Source of the DNA: Zygnema circumcarinatum SAG 698-1b
Lineage: Eukaryota; Plantae; Zygnematophyceae
DNA: 64,000 nucleotides
Assembly: GCA_037447605.1 (NCBI GenBank)
Contig: CM074804.1
Location: 2,542,001-2,606,000 of the forward strand
Reading direction: 5' to 3'
Positions 35,670 through 47,901 of the stretch are shown one piece after another (positions within the stretch are counted from its first letter, which is position 1; each line of letters opens with the position of its first letter). The position numbers were made by a program, and so were the translations under genes. Below the pieces are notes generated by a model. That model saw only the letters and a list, made by a program, of their open reading frames with translations, was not told where the DNA came from and made no database searches.

Positions 35670-37924
35670 TTTAAACTCATGATTAGGGTGAATTTTAGTT
35701 TCGTTCCGTTCCGTTTTGTAGGCCAATAATGGTCTGCCAAACATGAAGTAACCTTGCTTATGTTCTCAGCTGAACCCATATTTGGAATTGGGATGCCGGG
35801 TTGAACTTAGGAATTTGGAAGTCTGGATGTGGTCATAAATAGGTTTAGTGAGACGTAGAGTGGTTCGCTTAATGAAGACATTCATGCAGAGTGAAATTCG
35901 ATATATATTTCATTTGTAAAGAAAGGCGTTCGTTTGGGTTCTGGAGCAAAAGATTGCATTTTAAGGCTGTTTTTCTTGTGAATAGGGTCTACTTGTTTCG
36001 CTCTTTCGGCTAACTCAAAACCCTTAGTTTTTTAGCATACAAATTTGGTGCATTTGAGTTGACCTTACCATAATATGACTGGTCAGTTGGGTTTGAAAAC
36101 TTGAAAGTATGTGCAAAGGCCTGAGCATGGATACACATTTGGCACCTAAATGCAGGTTTCCCATTTGAATTGAATTTTATTTCAAACTCAGATTACCAAA
36201 AACAAAAAACCGAGTCAAGTGAAGAGTGAGTTGCCCGGGTAAATGGACAAAAAGTGCGATCACAAAAATTTGAGATCCCAAATAAGTTACTCGGAAATCC
36301 CTCCGTTATCGCCCTCCTCTTTCCTTTGCCTGCAAAAGAAGGAACAGAAGCAAGATATTACTCATTAAATCCATAAGATTTCTGTCTTATTAAATTTCTT
36401 CCAAGACCTCCACTGCATCACTAACTATCAAAATGTGCTCCGCGGAATTGTTAAAACTTATGCCTTAGCAGACCATAGATCCTCAAAAGATGTTAAAGCC
36501 CAAACAAACCCACGAAAACCCTGAAACTTCAAAGAGTTCCACCATTTCCAATCCCCTCGACGGGGAGGCCCCAACCATTCCCGGCTCATATCAAGCGTAG
36601 AGGGCTTCACTCTCAAAGCGCCACTGCTCACAGAGAAGGTAAACTTTTGATCATCCGGATCATGGACGGGATTAATCCTAACCGGGTGGGTCAGGGTTAA
36701 CCCTAAACTTCCTCGGCAAGCCTTTCAATGAACAGGATCATCATGCAGCACACATCGGGCAGATGGGAGCTATCAGATCGGCCTTTATTTGACATCAGTG
36801 GAAGATTCCATGCTCAAGCGGAACAAAAAGTCTGCCAGTTCACATGGAGAAGGGCGACTCTCATGACCTTTCTCCATTTAATCATTGCCGGGGAGGCAGT
36901 CAGCCATGGGGCGGGGGCGGAGGCCGGGAAGAGGGGGGGGGAGGAATAGGGGAGACTGGGGAAGAAGAGTGGAGGAATGAGGGGGCAAGGAGGGGAAGGA
37001 GGGTGAGGGGGAGGGGAAGGGAGAGGGGAAGGGGGCAGTGGAGAGGGGGATGGGGGAGGGGGAGGGGGAGGGGGAGAGGGGAGGGAGAGAGGGAGAAAAG
37101 GATTTAGAGGGAGGGGGGAAGGGAAGGAGGGAGGAAATGAAGGAGGNNNNNNNNNNGAGGGAGGGAGGGAGGGAGGGAGGGAGGGAGAGGGAAAGAGGAA
37201 GATAGGGGGAAGAGAGAAAGAGAGAGAGAGAGTGAGAAACAGAGAGAGAAACAGAGAGACTTAAATTGGAGACGAAAGCAATGAGCAGCAGACAGAGAAA
37301 CCGAGGAGACGAGAGAGCAAGAAAAACGGTAGGGGAGGCGAGAAGAGGAGAAAGGGGAGAGGGGACGACGAGAAGGAGAAGAGGGGAGGGAGCCGCGTGT
37401 GCATCCCGAACTATTCCGTCTTGTGATATCGGACTGACTGACTGCGAGGAACTCAAGCACAATTCAGAACTTCACAAACACGGGCCAAATTTGTAAATAC
37501 TCGCATCTTATTTCTACGCACTCAAGATCGGAAGAAAAGAGAAGGGGGCCGGGACATGGGCTGCTCTTCGCACAATTATTTTGAGGTGACGCACGCTCTC
37601 CCGCGTTCTCCCTCCCTCGTTTCCCTCCCTCACACTCGCCAGCCCTCACCCAGCAGCCGTCGCTTCTCTGAAGAAATAAAGCAGTGGACTTTTCACTGGG
37701 GGTTTCTTTATTTTTTTTGTCGAGATTGCACCAGTCACAGCACGCCACGTTGGCAAAATGTGCCAGCGTGACAAACCCTCATTGGCTCGAGAGGGTCCAA
37801 TGAAGATCCAAACCCTAACGAGGGTTTCTTGTCTCTCTATGTACCGTCGTTCTGTTTCTTGGAAACTGTCTCCATGTTGTCAAGTATCTGGCACATTCTG
37901 AAACGGTATACATGGAACAGTTTG

Positions 37925-38110
37925 TACGGTAAAATTGGAAAAGCCTTATATCGTATCGTATCGCGTATATATATTTAAATATCGATACATATATCGATAT
38001 GTCTATACGGACGTTCCGATATGCTGATTCCGATACAGCGATATTGTGTAGTGTACGGAATCGACGCCCTTCCCGGCCCTGTTACCGTACGGAAGTACGG
38101 GCCGTACCGT
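37925..38110. repeat. CGATA/TATCG-rich dispersed element, copy 1
   Basis: TATCGTATCGTATCGCG-TATATATATTTAAATATCGATACATATATCGATATG...CCGATAC; shares TATATTTAAATAT and CGATAT clusters with 52595-52982. Confidence 0.6.
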
Positions 38111-38268
38111 ACAACTTTCTGGTTCACAGTTGCAAGAGTCGCAGGTTGCTTGGAGGGAGCAGGACGAGGGTACAGGTCACTGCGGATGCAAACGAAGCGA
38201 AAGTATGGTGCTTTTCAAGAAAATTTGGTGTATGCTTACTGAGGAAAAGGCTGCAAACTCGTGAAGCG

Positions 38269-41200
38269 ATGCTTCAGTGGATGGGAGGAGTGAGGAAGAA
38301 AGTCAGAGAGGTAGGGGAAAATGATATAATTGACATCTGTCGCATGGCAATGAAATCCGCATGTCTGAGATCTTCCTGCAATGCAATGATGATTTAGTAT
38401 TCGCTGATGTTTCAAGGGGTTTAACTGATGGAGGGCTTAGGATGTTGAATTCAATTAACTTTTATTGTCGTTAGAACCGCTTTGTTGAAATCACTTTCAA
38501 CATCACGACTAATGCCACTGCTGTCTTTCAAGGTCGTATGCACATGTATTACTCTTGATCAATATTAGCTAATATGTTTTAATTTGATAATTATTTCGCC
38601 AAAGTGCGCTTAAATAATAAAAAAGAAATTATCGCCCATATTCTATGTTCTTTGAGATTGATTTTTGTTCGTGCATTTTGAAGCTAGCTTCTGATCAAGG
38701 AACTCTTTTTTTTGCAGAACAAGAACTCCGTACAGGCGAGGTGAGTAACAGCCTGTTTGCTGAGTTGCTTCCATATTTGTAATTCAAAGAATCCATTCCT
38801 GTATTGCTATTCTCCAGCGATTTGTAGCCGTATTGGATCACACTTTCATCAAACATTGATCCGGCGATTTCTCCTTTTTATTTTTATCATATTGTTTATA
38901 CAACGTTCTGGACAGAAGCTAAATGAAGCGAGGTGACATTTTCAACACGTTAGCAGTGCAACAGCGTTGTCTTTTGCCATTTTTTGCCGTGCTTGCAGAC
39001 AGAGGCAGTTTTTTGAGCAGAGACGCCAAGAGGGAGGCGCTTCACATGTACGGCCGTTTGCAAAGGGATCCAAATCACTGGATTTGATCAATTTGTGCAC
39101 ACTCATCCCTTCACCAAATGAAGGGGATTCTCGCCAACAAGCAAATGAGCATAGGACACTTATTGAAGGAGCTTCAGAATCGAGGCTGGAAACTGATCGG
39201 ACTTTAGGTGATTCTTTTTGACATACAATCGTACTCTCTTGAAAGAGATAATCATGGCTTGCTTGTTGCAAGAAGAGTCGTTCGAACTAGTTTAATAAAG
39301 CCGTTGACTGCAGGCACGTGTTTCCCAGTTCTGTCTTGGCAGAGGCTCCTGCAATATTTGAACCTGATCTCATAGGTGCTATGCATCAAGCACAAACTAC
39401 CAACAAAATTTGCAAAGACGAATGCAAGCTTCAAGAAAATACATCGCAAAAAAATGATGCTTGTTGTACGGCAGTCAATGCTGGTCAAAATTCCAAGGCA
39501 ACAGTCTAGATTTTGAAAGCTTTTCGAACCATTTTCAGAAAAAAATCATGTTCTTCATCGAGCCTATGATTGATCCCGATGCATGTATTCCCGACCTGGT
39601 ACAGACAGTATTGAAGCATTTATTTCCTTAGGTCCCTTACTACAATTTTTTCCAAACTCATTTTTATTTGTGCAGAACCTGGCTCAAGCAGGGCGGAGAC
39701 GGCTGATGTTGTCTTACGGAAAGAAGCAGCTGAGGAAAAAATTCCAACCATTTTTTCTCCGAAACATATTGATGGTATTTCAAAATTGAACTTGCAGTCT
39801 CATAATAAGCAGCGTGTCTGCCCTGCTATAAGAAAGCGAGACATGTTTTGCGACTTGAATTGTTAAGTAAGAAGTGATTGTCGTGCATGCAGACTGCATA
39901 AACGTCGGAAACGTAGAACTGCAGCCTGGAACAGGAGGCATTGTACCACAGTACGAAGGAGAAGAGAAAAAAATGATAGAACCAACACATTGAAAAAACT
40001 ACAGAGTTTGTCTCCTCTGCTTAACCCATGTCTGCTCGCCTTAGAACAACATATTGCATCTTGCGCAGGAACTCGTGAGAAAGCATCAGCGGAGGGTGGA
40101 GAACAAGGCAATGCAGAGGCATCTCATGTTTTTGTGGAGGCGGAGCCAATGCCAAGGCAAAGACGAGTCGATGTACAGCGAATGAGACAACGACCCGGTG
40201 AAAAACCTCGCGTTTCTTCCAAATCATCAAAATGTGCGTCCTCTCATATAGTTCTGTAATACCTTGTATTTTGCTTGCCTATCCAATACGTCGTCTTACA
40301 CGAAGTTGGGAGATATTCTTTTTATCACAAAGTTTGTCCCTTTCCAGAGTTCCAAGGAAAACACATTCGTGCAATTGGCAGACAATCTCAAATTGCATGT
40401 GACAATGAAGTTCCAGACATGCATGACGTGTTTCTCGTTTGCCTCTGGTACATATGCCAACAGTAAACATCGACCTGCTCGACGACATTGGCCGCAGCGA
40501 TAAACAGGCTGAAATTGCGACTCGAGAAACCTATGCATCCTTCATGCTGGACGGCACAGGAAGAGTTCGGGGAGAATCTCCGGTTCAACAACGTTATACT
40601 GGACCCGCCGCAAAAATCAATCTTTGCGGAACATCCGAGTTTGTCAAGTACGAGCCTTTTCGATCTCACTCAGCTTTTTTCCTTTCATGTTTATCGCAAT
40701 AACCTTCCTGCAACTGCTTTATACATTTTTCTTGGCTAAATTGCCCTTACTGCCTCTTGTTTGTGTATTATCGTAACTTGCGAAGCATGATTACGGTTCG
40801 TGTTTGCAGCGCGAGTCCTTTCAAGGAATTAAACGGCCATGCAGCATTCTGCACTCCAAAACTCCAGTCCCTACCAATGGATCATCGAAGACCGCCTCCA
40901 CTTCAGGCGGAGAGACGACAAGTGCCCAAGGAATCTCCAATGACTGGACTTCCATCTTCACCTGCCACCCCAGTCACTGTTAGAAGTCAAGAGCGCAACA
41001 CTGTAAGAGTGGTATGTGTTCAGCGTATAGCAGCAGTCTTCTCTACATGTGTGAACGCTTTTAGTCATGTCTGCTTTGAGCAGGAGCAAATACTTCTGTC
41101 AGGAAAACACAGACTTTTGGATGGATAAGTTCAATCTGAGAGCTTATCTTTCTTTACATTTTTTAACAGTTATCTGAGTAGTGACGACACATAGTTGACT

Positions 41201-44200
41201 TTCAAATGCTTAATGAATGCTCCTTCATGAAAGTGGGCTTATTTCCGCCTTGTTCAAAATTGAGACTGCAGAATGATTCTACTTCAGGACCTTGGGGACA
41301 TCGAACTCGAGCTCCTTATGCAAGCCAGATACTTCAGAGAGACTGGTCGTCGTACGAGCCTCTGAAGGCACAGGAGTCAGAAACAATATTCAGGAGAACA
41401 GCAAAGAAGTCTTCCAGGCAAGATCGTTTTACAACTCCAAAGTTTCAGAATAATGGAACAGGAGAATTATCTACAATGCTGGGACATAACTCGAAACACC
41501 AAAAAAGGAGACGAGAGAGGCTGGATGAGAATGCGTCCTTCCGAAGTTATTTAGAAGGAAACGAATCTTTGAAGGACCGGAGGAGTTCATCCCCTCCAAG
41601 ATGGAGATGCACAACAGAGAATGATTTTTTGACTGAAGAGATTGGATCGCCTTTCCAAACAGAGATCCTCTCCTTTGATTCGCCAGGAAAGAGAAGACGA
41701 GCTTCGCAGAAAGATTTTTTTTTGGACTTGTCGAGTCCACAGAATGCTACACGAGAAGAGGGTATTCAAGTAATTCCAAATTCAGTTGATGATTATGATT
41801 ATGCAGACCCCGTCACCGAAATCTCGGGCTTTGAGGCTGCCTCCTGGCATGAGGACTTAGCCAATCTTCAAGAATCAAGCCAAGTCAATGACGAGAAAGA
41901 TTTTCTCTTTTCCTCGGAATCCTCAGAGCACTATTCTCCTCAGGAGAAAAACTCATTCTCACCATTTTTCTCGGAAACTTTGAGATTTCAGAGTAGAAAA
42001 CCTGCTTATTCTGATCAAGAATATCAGATTGATGAAATCTCTCCGCGTCAAGAGCAAAGCTATGACGCTTGGTCGACGTTTTCTCCTATAAGAGAAGAAT
42101 TGAAGGATGCAAAGAGTGAGGTTTTCACTCCTGTGAAAAAGGAAAGGTTGGAGGAAATGCAAGAATTTATGATGAGCTCAAGTTCAGAGCCAGATGTTCT
42201 TTCTCCGACACATTCTATCAACGACTCTCCGCATGGATCTTTCTGCTTCAAACGACGGTCATCCGAACCTTCGTCCCAAAATAGAGAAAGTCTGTGGTCT
42301 AGCTGGAACGATTGCGACAATCAAAGTGATGGAAACATGGATAAGAAAAGTCAACCACGACAAGGGAGAGGCAGCAATTCTCAGTATAACTGTGGCAGTT
42401 TTGGCGCAGCCTTGTTAGATGGGAACAGTATTTTTGGCGAAGGTTTTATAAGAGAGAACATTAAAGACAACAGAAAAATTGTTGGATGGATGTCTGGGAG
42501 TGCCCGCCGCCGCTTCTCTCCCGCCACATCAACATGGTCTTCATCGTGGGAGAAGAAACCAGAATACGAAACGAAAAAAAACGGAAACGTTGGGAGAATG
42601 TTTAAAGAAGGAGGAAATACGCCGCAATCAACTTGGAGAATGACACATTTTGACGAAAGTCCTTCACCGGCTCAGGCAAACGACGTGCAGGAGGGGAAGG
42701 AAGAGTCCAAAATTTCAAAGCAGGCAGCGAAGGAATGCTCATCTGCCAAGCCGTCACCCAAGAGGTAAGTACCCCCATAATCGATTGGAATTTGATTAAT
42801 CTGGCACCAATAATCTTCTTAAAGTTGACTGGTTTTTCCTGGGGTCTAAGGTAAAAAAATGATGCTGGTTCTGGCAGGCTCCTGTGAACCGCATGCATCG
42901 TTTTTCACAACTCACCCACCTTTGAAGCTGTGCTTACACATCGATCACAAACTTTTACAGTTGTTAACTGCTATTGTGTTGCTGAAGGAAGAATTGTTTA
43001 CCGAGTATTGTGTTGATGAATTTGAGATTGAAAGTTCGATACCCACATCTTGCAGGCCCCCTTCCAGCAGCCACAAATGGAGTTTTAGCAATTCTGGCAT
43101 CCATATCGGTGATCCACTACCACAAAGAAGCAGTAAGACTTGCCCTGGACAAAACTGAAATTCTAGGATGAAATATGGACTTGACTTCTCTGTAAAAACC
43201 CTAAAAACAAGCTTCATTGTATAAAGAAGCATAGAAGTACACCTCTGTCATTGCCATTCAAAAAACCTCCTCAAGTTATCTCTTCCAAATGTTAGTCCAC
43301 AAAAAAATAAAACTTCTAACTCTCGGCTTTCATTTCCTATGTTTGGGGCAAGTACTTTACAGCTGACAATAGCTGGGATCCTCAAAAAAGCAAGTCTCCA
43401 AGGGCGGTGGAAGACCTTAAGTCCAGCCCTGTCCACGAGGAACAGGAGACGTCTCACATCCAACATGACACTCATACTGGAGAAGACGGAGATAATTGTA
43501 TCAACAATGGAATTCTACCAAATTTCAACACTAAAGACGTTAAGGTGAACGCATGTGCAACAAATGATTCAAACCATGCTGCTTCAATCGGTCCCTCAGG
43601 TCCATCACCTTCAGCAGCAAGTCAGGCACTCCAAAACAGCGACTCACATCTCCAATTGGAAGGGCACGGTGCGGAGTTACCAGCTAAGGGAGAGCAGGAG
43701 TTTGATACTTGCGTTGAGCGGGATGTTCAGATTGGAGAACTTTTGGGATTTCCAGGCAGCCAGAAGGAGAAGAATATAAAGGAGGTTTCACACAGTGAAC
43801 TCCAACCAAAAGACGCTTTGAATTCACTCGACATGCTAGCCAGGAGCACTGTGAATAGTTCCTCTGAACCTCGAGAATTCAATAGTAACGATCCAGGCCG
43901 GTCAGAAATTTCAAAGGCTAAGCAGAATGATCTACCAAGCCCACCACCTTCTCTGAGCAAACCTTCTTTTGACATAGCTCAACGAGAAGACAATATGGAA
44001 GAAAAGGCTGAGCTTGACACCCTTCACTCCGTCCCAACAGTATCCATAGAAGCAGCTAATATTCAACTGAAAGCACAAAAAAGGCAAGCTCAAGGAAGAA
44101 GCTCGATCGAAAATGGCGAAGCACTTGTACAAATGAGCAGGGCCAGGGGCTTGACTGGATTCAAAGGGATGCAGAACAGTGGATCTGGAGAAGGACAGGG

Positions 44201-47027
44201 CAGAGGATTACCTTTGAAGCAGCTGGGGAATAACTCGTCGAATGTACTGCCAGGTTTAACCTCATTGAAAGGAGTCGCAGAGCAAGGAAAGAAACAGACA
44301 ACGGCTACTTTGTTTTCACGGAAGAGTCCACCGCGGCTCCGTTCAATTGGGTTCGCAAGAAAATTAGAGAATTTGGTCGACTTTGAAATAAAGTGGAAAA
44401 GGGAACAAAAGGAAGGAAATCGTTCAACAAATCGACCCATCATGGAGAAGCATGAGCACCTCGGAGTCCAACAACAGCACTCTGCCGTACAGATGAAGAG
44501 AGAGGAAAACATGGAGAAGACTTGTACTGGAGGAAACCAGCAGGAAGGTCCCACAGACGGCTATGAATTGGTCGAAGTGAAGAAAGAGCAATTCCTGCAG
44601 TCTAATGGAAGTTCAAAAATTTTTGAGCCACTTTGGGATATCCCACCTCCAACTCCCAAACGTGATATCAAACCTATTTCACTCACTGCAGGGCCCGTGG
44701 TTGAAAGTTTTGAAGAGCAAAGGGAAATGAAGGAGGTGCAACCTACCGAGGAGGGGGGTGTAACGAAGCTGCATAAATTGGAGCAGCCTCAATCGGAGGG
44801 AAATGACGCTTTGAAGAAAAATCAGCGTTCTGGTTCTGATCAGACCAAATCACTGGAGTCTGAGGTTGAGCAGAAACATTCTGGCAGTAATAAGGAGCCT
44901 GAAAAGTTGCTGGTTTCAGATGTTTCGGGGGATAACGAGCAGCAGGAGTTCGGATTGAATCAAGATGTAAAGAAATTGGAAAGTACGGTTACTGTTACAG
45001 AGAAAGGGGAGGTGGCTAGAGAACCGAGAGGAAGCCTGGCTAGTCCAAGAGGTGCAGAAAAAAACTCCGGAAAAGAGGATGGGGTGTCACAGAATGGGAG
45101 TGAAGGGTCTCATCAGTGTAAGAGAGATGTTCAGAGCAGTCAGAAAGTGCTGGAGACAGGAGCCCCTCATTCAGGCACTTGGAGTACAATAAAAGGATCA
45201 GAGACCAATGACGAAAGCAATAAGGCTTTGAACTCATCAGCAGTGAGGAAGCACTCTGGATGCAATAATTCCCATTTTGGAGATTCTAGTTACCGCAAAT
45301 ATGCAGCCAAATCTTCACAGGACATATGCTCTTTCCTCGACGACAGAGACTTTTCTCCAGAAATCAAAAGGAAAATGACGCCTTCACGGAGTCTATTTGA
45401 GAGGCAAGAACTTGTTCCAGATAAAGAGACCTGCAGAAACAGCACTTCAGCAGGGAATAAGGGGTTTGGTGAGTGCGAGAATACAGACATGGGCCCGGCA
45501 GGCAAAAGCATCAATTGCGCAGCGAAAATGCCAACGGAGGAGGAATCGAGGTGAGTAACAGATGAGTTCGAAAATGCGGGGCATACTTTATAAAGTTTGG
45601 ATGGAAACCCACATAGGATCCCAAACTGCTGGATGAGATTGTCCAAAGGAAATCCAAAACTCAGATAACTCCCTCACACGAGAGCCCTCCCCAATTCTAC
45701 TACTTGAGAACCCTACTTAACTTCTCCTATACGAGAAAAAGAGACTAACGCTAGTAGATTGTGTCTGAAGACTTCACTACCTCGCTCTAGATCTTTGTCA
45801 AAGCTCTCTCACCCTCCAATTGTTCATTCTCGACTGCTCGCTCATACATTCTTTCACTCCTGAACGCTCTCTCGCACTCTCCAGTACCCTCTCCCCTTCA
45901 CGAGGCTGATTCGTCCCCTCTCTAACGCTCCCTGCTCCCTCTTGAGTGCCCTCCCTCTTCTTCTTAATGCAGTAACGCACCCCATAAACCCGATTCTTAT
46001 CAAAGTTCCAAATTCACTTCATTTCCGTATCAAATATCACTTTATTCTCTAGTAAAGTACAGGAGAAACTCTTCCTCCTTTTCCAATTGCAGGGCCAACA
46101 TCGTCAAGGAAAGCCCAACTTCGAGAACTCATATTGCTCCTCCAGCTAAGACTAGTATGTCTATCTTAACCCATGCCATGCCCATTCCAAAAGCCTCTAT
46201 ATTCTTGAATGCAGGTTGTAATGAAACATCAGTCTGACGGAGAGAGAAAGAGAGAATGAGAAGGAATGAGGAAAAGAAGGAGAGAAGAGACCGGGAGTGC
46301 AGGGGTTTCAAGAGAGGAAATACTTACCTTCCTAATCCTGACTTGAACTGTGTCAGATGTTTATAATTCCAGGGCTGTACGAGAAGCACCATAGCCATTG
46401 TCTCCTCCTCCTCCTCCTCCGCCTCCTCCTTTACTCCTCTCCTTTTCCTCTCCTCGGTCTCCTGAAGTACCATAGATACTGTCTCCTCTGAGGAGCCATG
46501 GCTATTGTCTCCTCCTCCTCCTCCTCCTCCTCCTCCTCTTGAAGCACCATAGCCATTGTCTCTCTTCCTCCTTTCCTCCTCTCCTCCTTCCCCTCCTTTC
46601 GTCGTCCTCCTTTCCTCCTGTCTTCCTCCTTTCGTCGTCCTCCTTTCCTTCTCTGCTCCTCATATTTTAAGGTCCTATCTAAACATTCCCTTCCCTATTT
46701 CATAAAACCCTACGAATCCCCCAAGCTGTTTAGACTGATCTCAAAACGCCGTCAATTAAACGAATGCATCACTCACTTCTCTCGCACTTCCAGATCCTTT
46801 TCTTTGATTGCTAGTTTGGCACACCTCCTGCATTCTCCTACATCAGAAATTCTCCTAATGCGCGTGCAGGCAGTCAAAATGAGGTGCTCTTAAAAGGGAA
46901 GAGCGAGGTGAAAGATTCAGCAGTTTCAGAACACGAGGAGTTAAAGTCGTACTGTGGAATGCTCGAGAGCTACGTGGTGGAGCTGGCCTTAGTCAACAAG
47001 GCTATCAATTTAGCCGCCGAGCCGTAA
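38269..47027 (+). CDS. Large (~1,600 aa) mostly disordered protein with a REDIC1/C12orf40 (DUF4552)-like N-terminus, ~12 exons
   Basis: MLQWMGGVRKKVRE|NKNSVQA|RQRQFFEQRRQE...SLDLINLCTL; internal VNIDLLDD...RETYASFMLDGTGRVRGESP; long in-frame exons ~41272-42764 and ~43374-45551; terminal exon ...YCGMLESYVVELALVNKAI* (46870-47027). Junction phases are consistent throughout. Confidence 0.8.
46383..46570 (+). repeat. Intronic minisatellite GAAGCACCATAGCCATTGT(CTC)n, ~4 degenerate copies
   Basis: Unit starts near 46383, 46464, 46492 and 46541. Confidence 0.8.
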
Positions 47028-47699
47028 GACCGGATTTCCTGGAATTCACAAAGAGGTCTCCCTCTTTGCCTCTCTCTCTCTCTCTCTATATTTTCCTGGA
47101 ATTCACAAATAGGTCTATCTCGCTGTCTCTCACTCTCAGTTATTTTTCTCTTTCTCTCACTCCTTGTTTCATTTTTCCTTTCTTTTCTTTAATTCTTCTT
47201 GGTTTCATCTTAAGATGACATCATTTTACAATCTTTCTTTTCTGCCCCTACAGCTCACTCTCTTTCCGTTCTCTATTTTTTTGCCGTTTTTCAACCACAG
47301 AGTGAGGAGCACTATTCATTGGACATAAACACTTTTCAAACTTTCGCGTTACATACCAAACAGCATATTTTGAGGGTATCAAGAGACCAAACAGAATCTT
47401 ATAAAGGTCAGGATGATCTTGTTCCAATTCCAGATTACATAAATGTACGGTCCCCTTAGCTTGAAGGTCGCTGTAGATGCGAAAACTAACATATTACAAA
47501 GTTCTTGAGAGCGAAAAGACTAATGTTTCAATGAATTTATGAAAAAAACGATAAAAAAAACCAACGGAGGAAATACTCACTACTATTGATCTCCCCAAAG
47601 CGTCACCACTTTATTTCTTTGTCTGTTCACATTTCAACATACTACTCCTGAAAAATCGTATAGACCCATTTTGAAACTCCCCAAAGCTATAATAAAAAA

Positions 47700-47885
47700 C
47701 CTTAAGAACCCGAGAAACCTTAACCCAACACGTAAATCCGAATTCAAACCTTAAACCCTAAATTTTAACGTAACAACCTATACCGTCAAGCCTAAACCCT
47801 ACACCCTAGACCCTACACCCCTAAACCCTACGACTAAGCCCTACATCCAGATTCCAACCCTAAATACAACCCTAAACCCTAACTT
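47700..47885 (+). repeat. Degenerate telomere-like (AAACCCT) array immediately 3' of the GT34 stop codon
   Basis: AAACCTTAAACCCTAAA, CCTAAACCCTACACCCTAGACCCTAC and CAACCCTAAACCCTAAC. Confidence 0.8.
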
Positions 47886-47901
47886 TCATATGGTCTGGGC
47901 T

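Noticed and set aside
36691-36744. ATGATGA...CTGA as a C/D snoRNA; TGAACAGGATC as U3 box A; TAACCCTAAAC as a telomerase RNA template
   Set aside because: The C-to-D span is only ~54 nt with no terminal stem or identifiable rRNA guide. The U3 match is only 11 nt, and no type-3 promoter or TR-like context is evident.
36735-36830. In-frame TGA near Cys residues (HGIFH*CQ, CPMCAA**) as a possible selenoprotein
   Set aside because: No known selenoprotein motif, tandem stops, and no SECIS seen.
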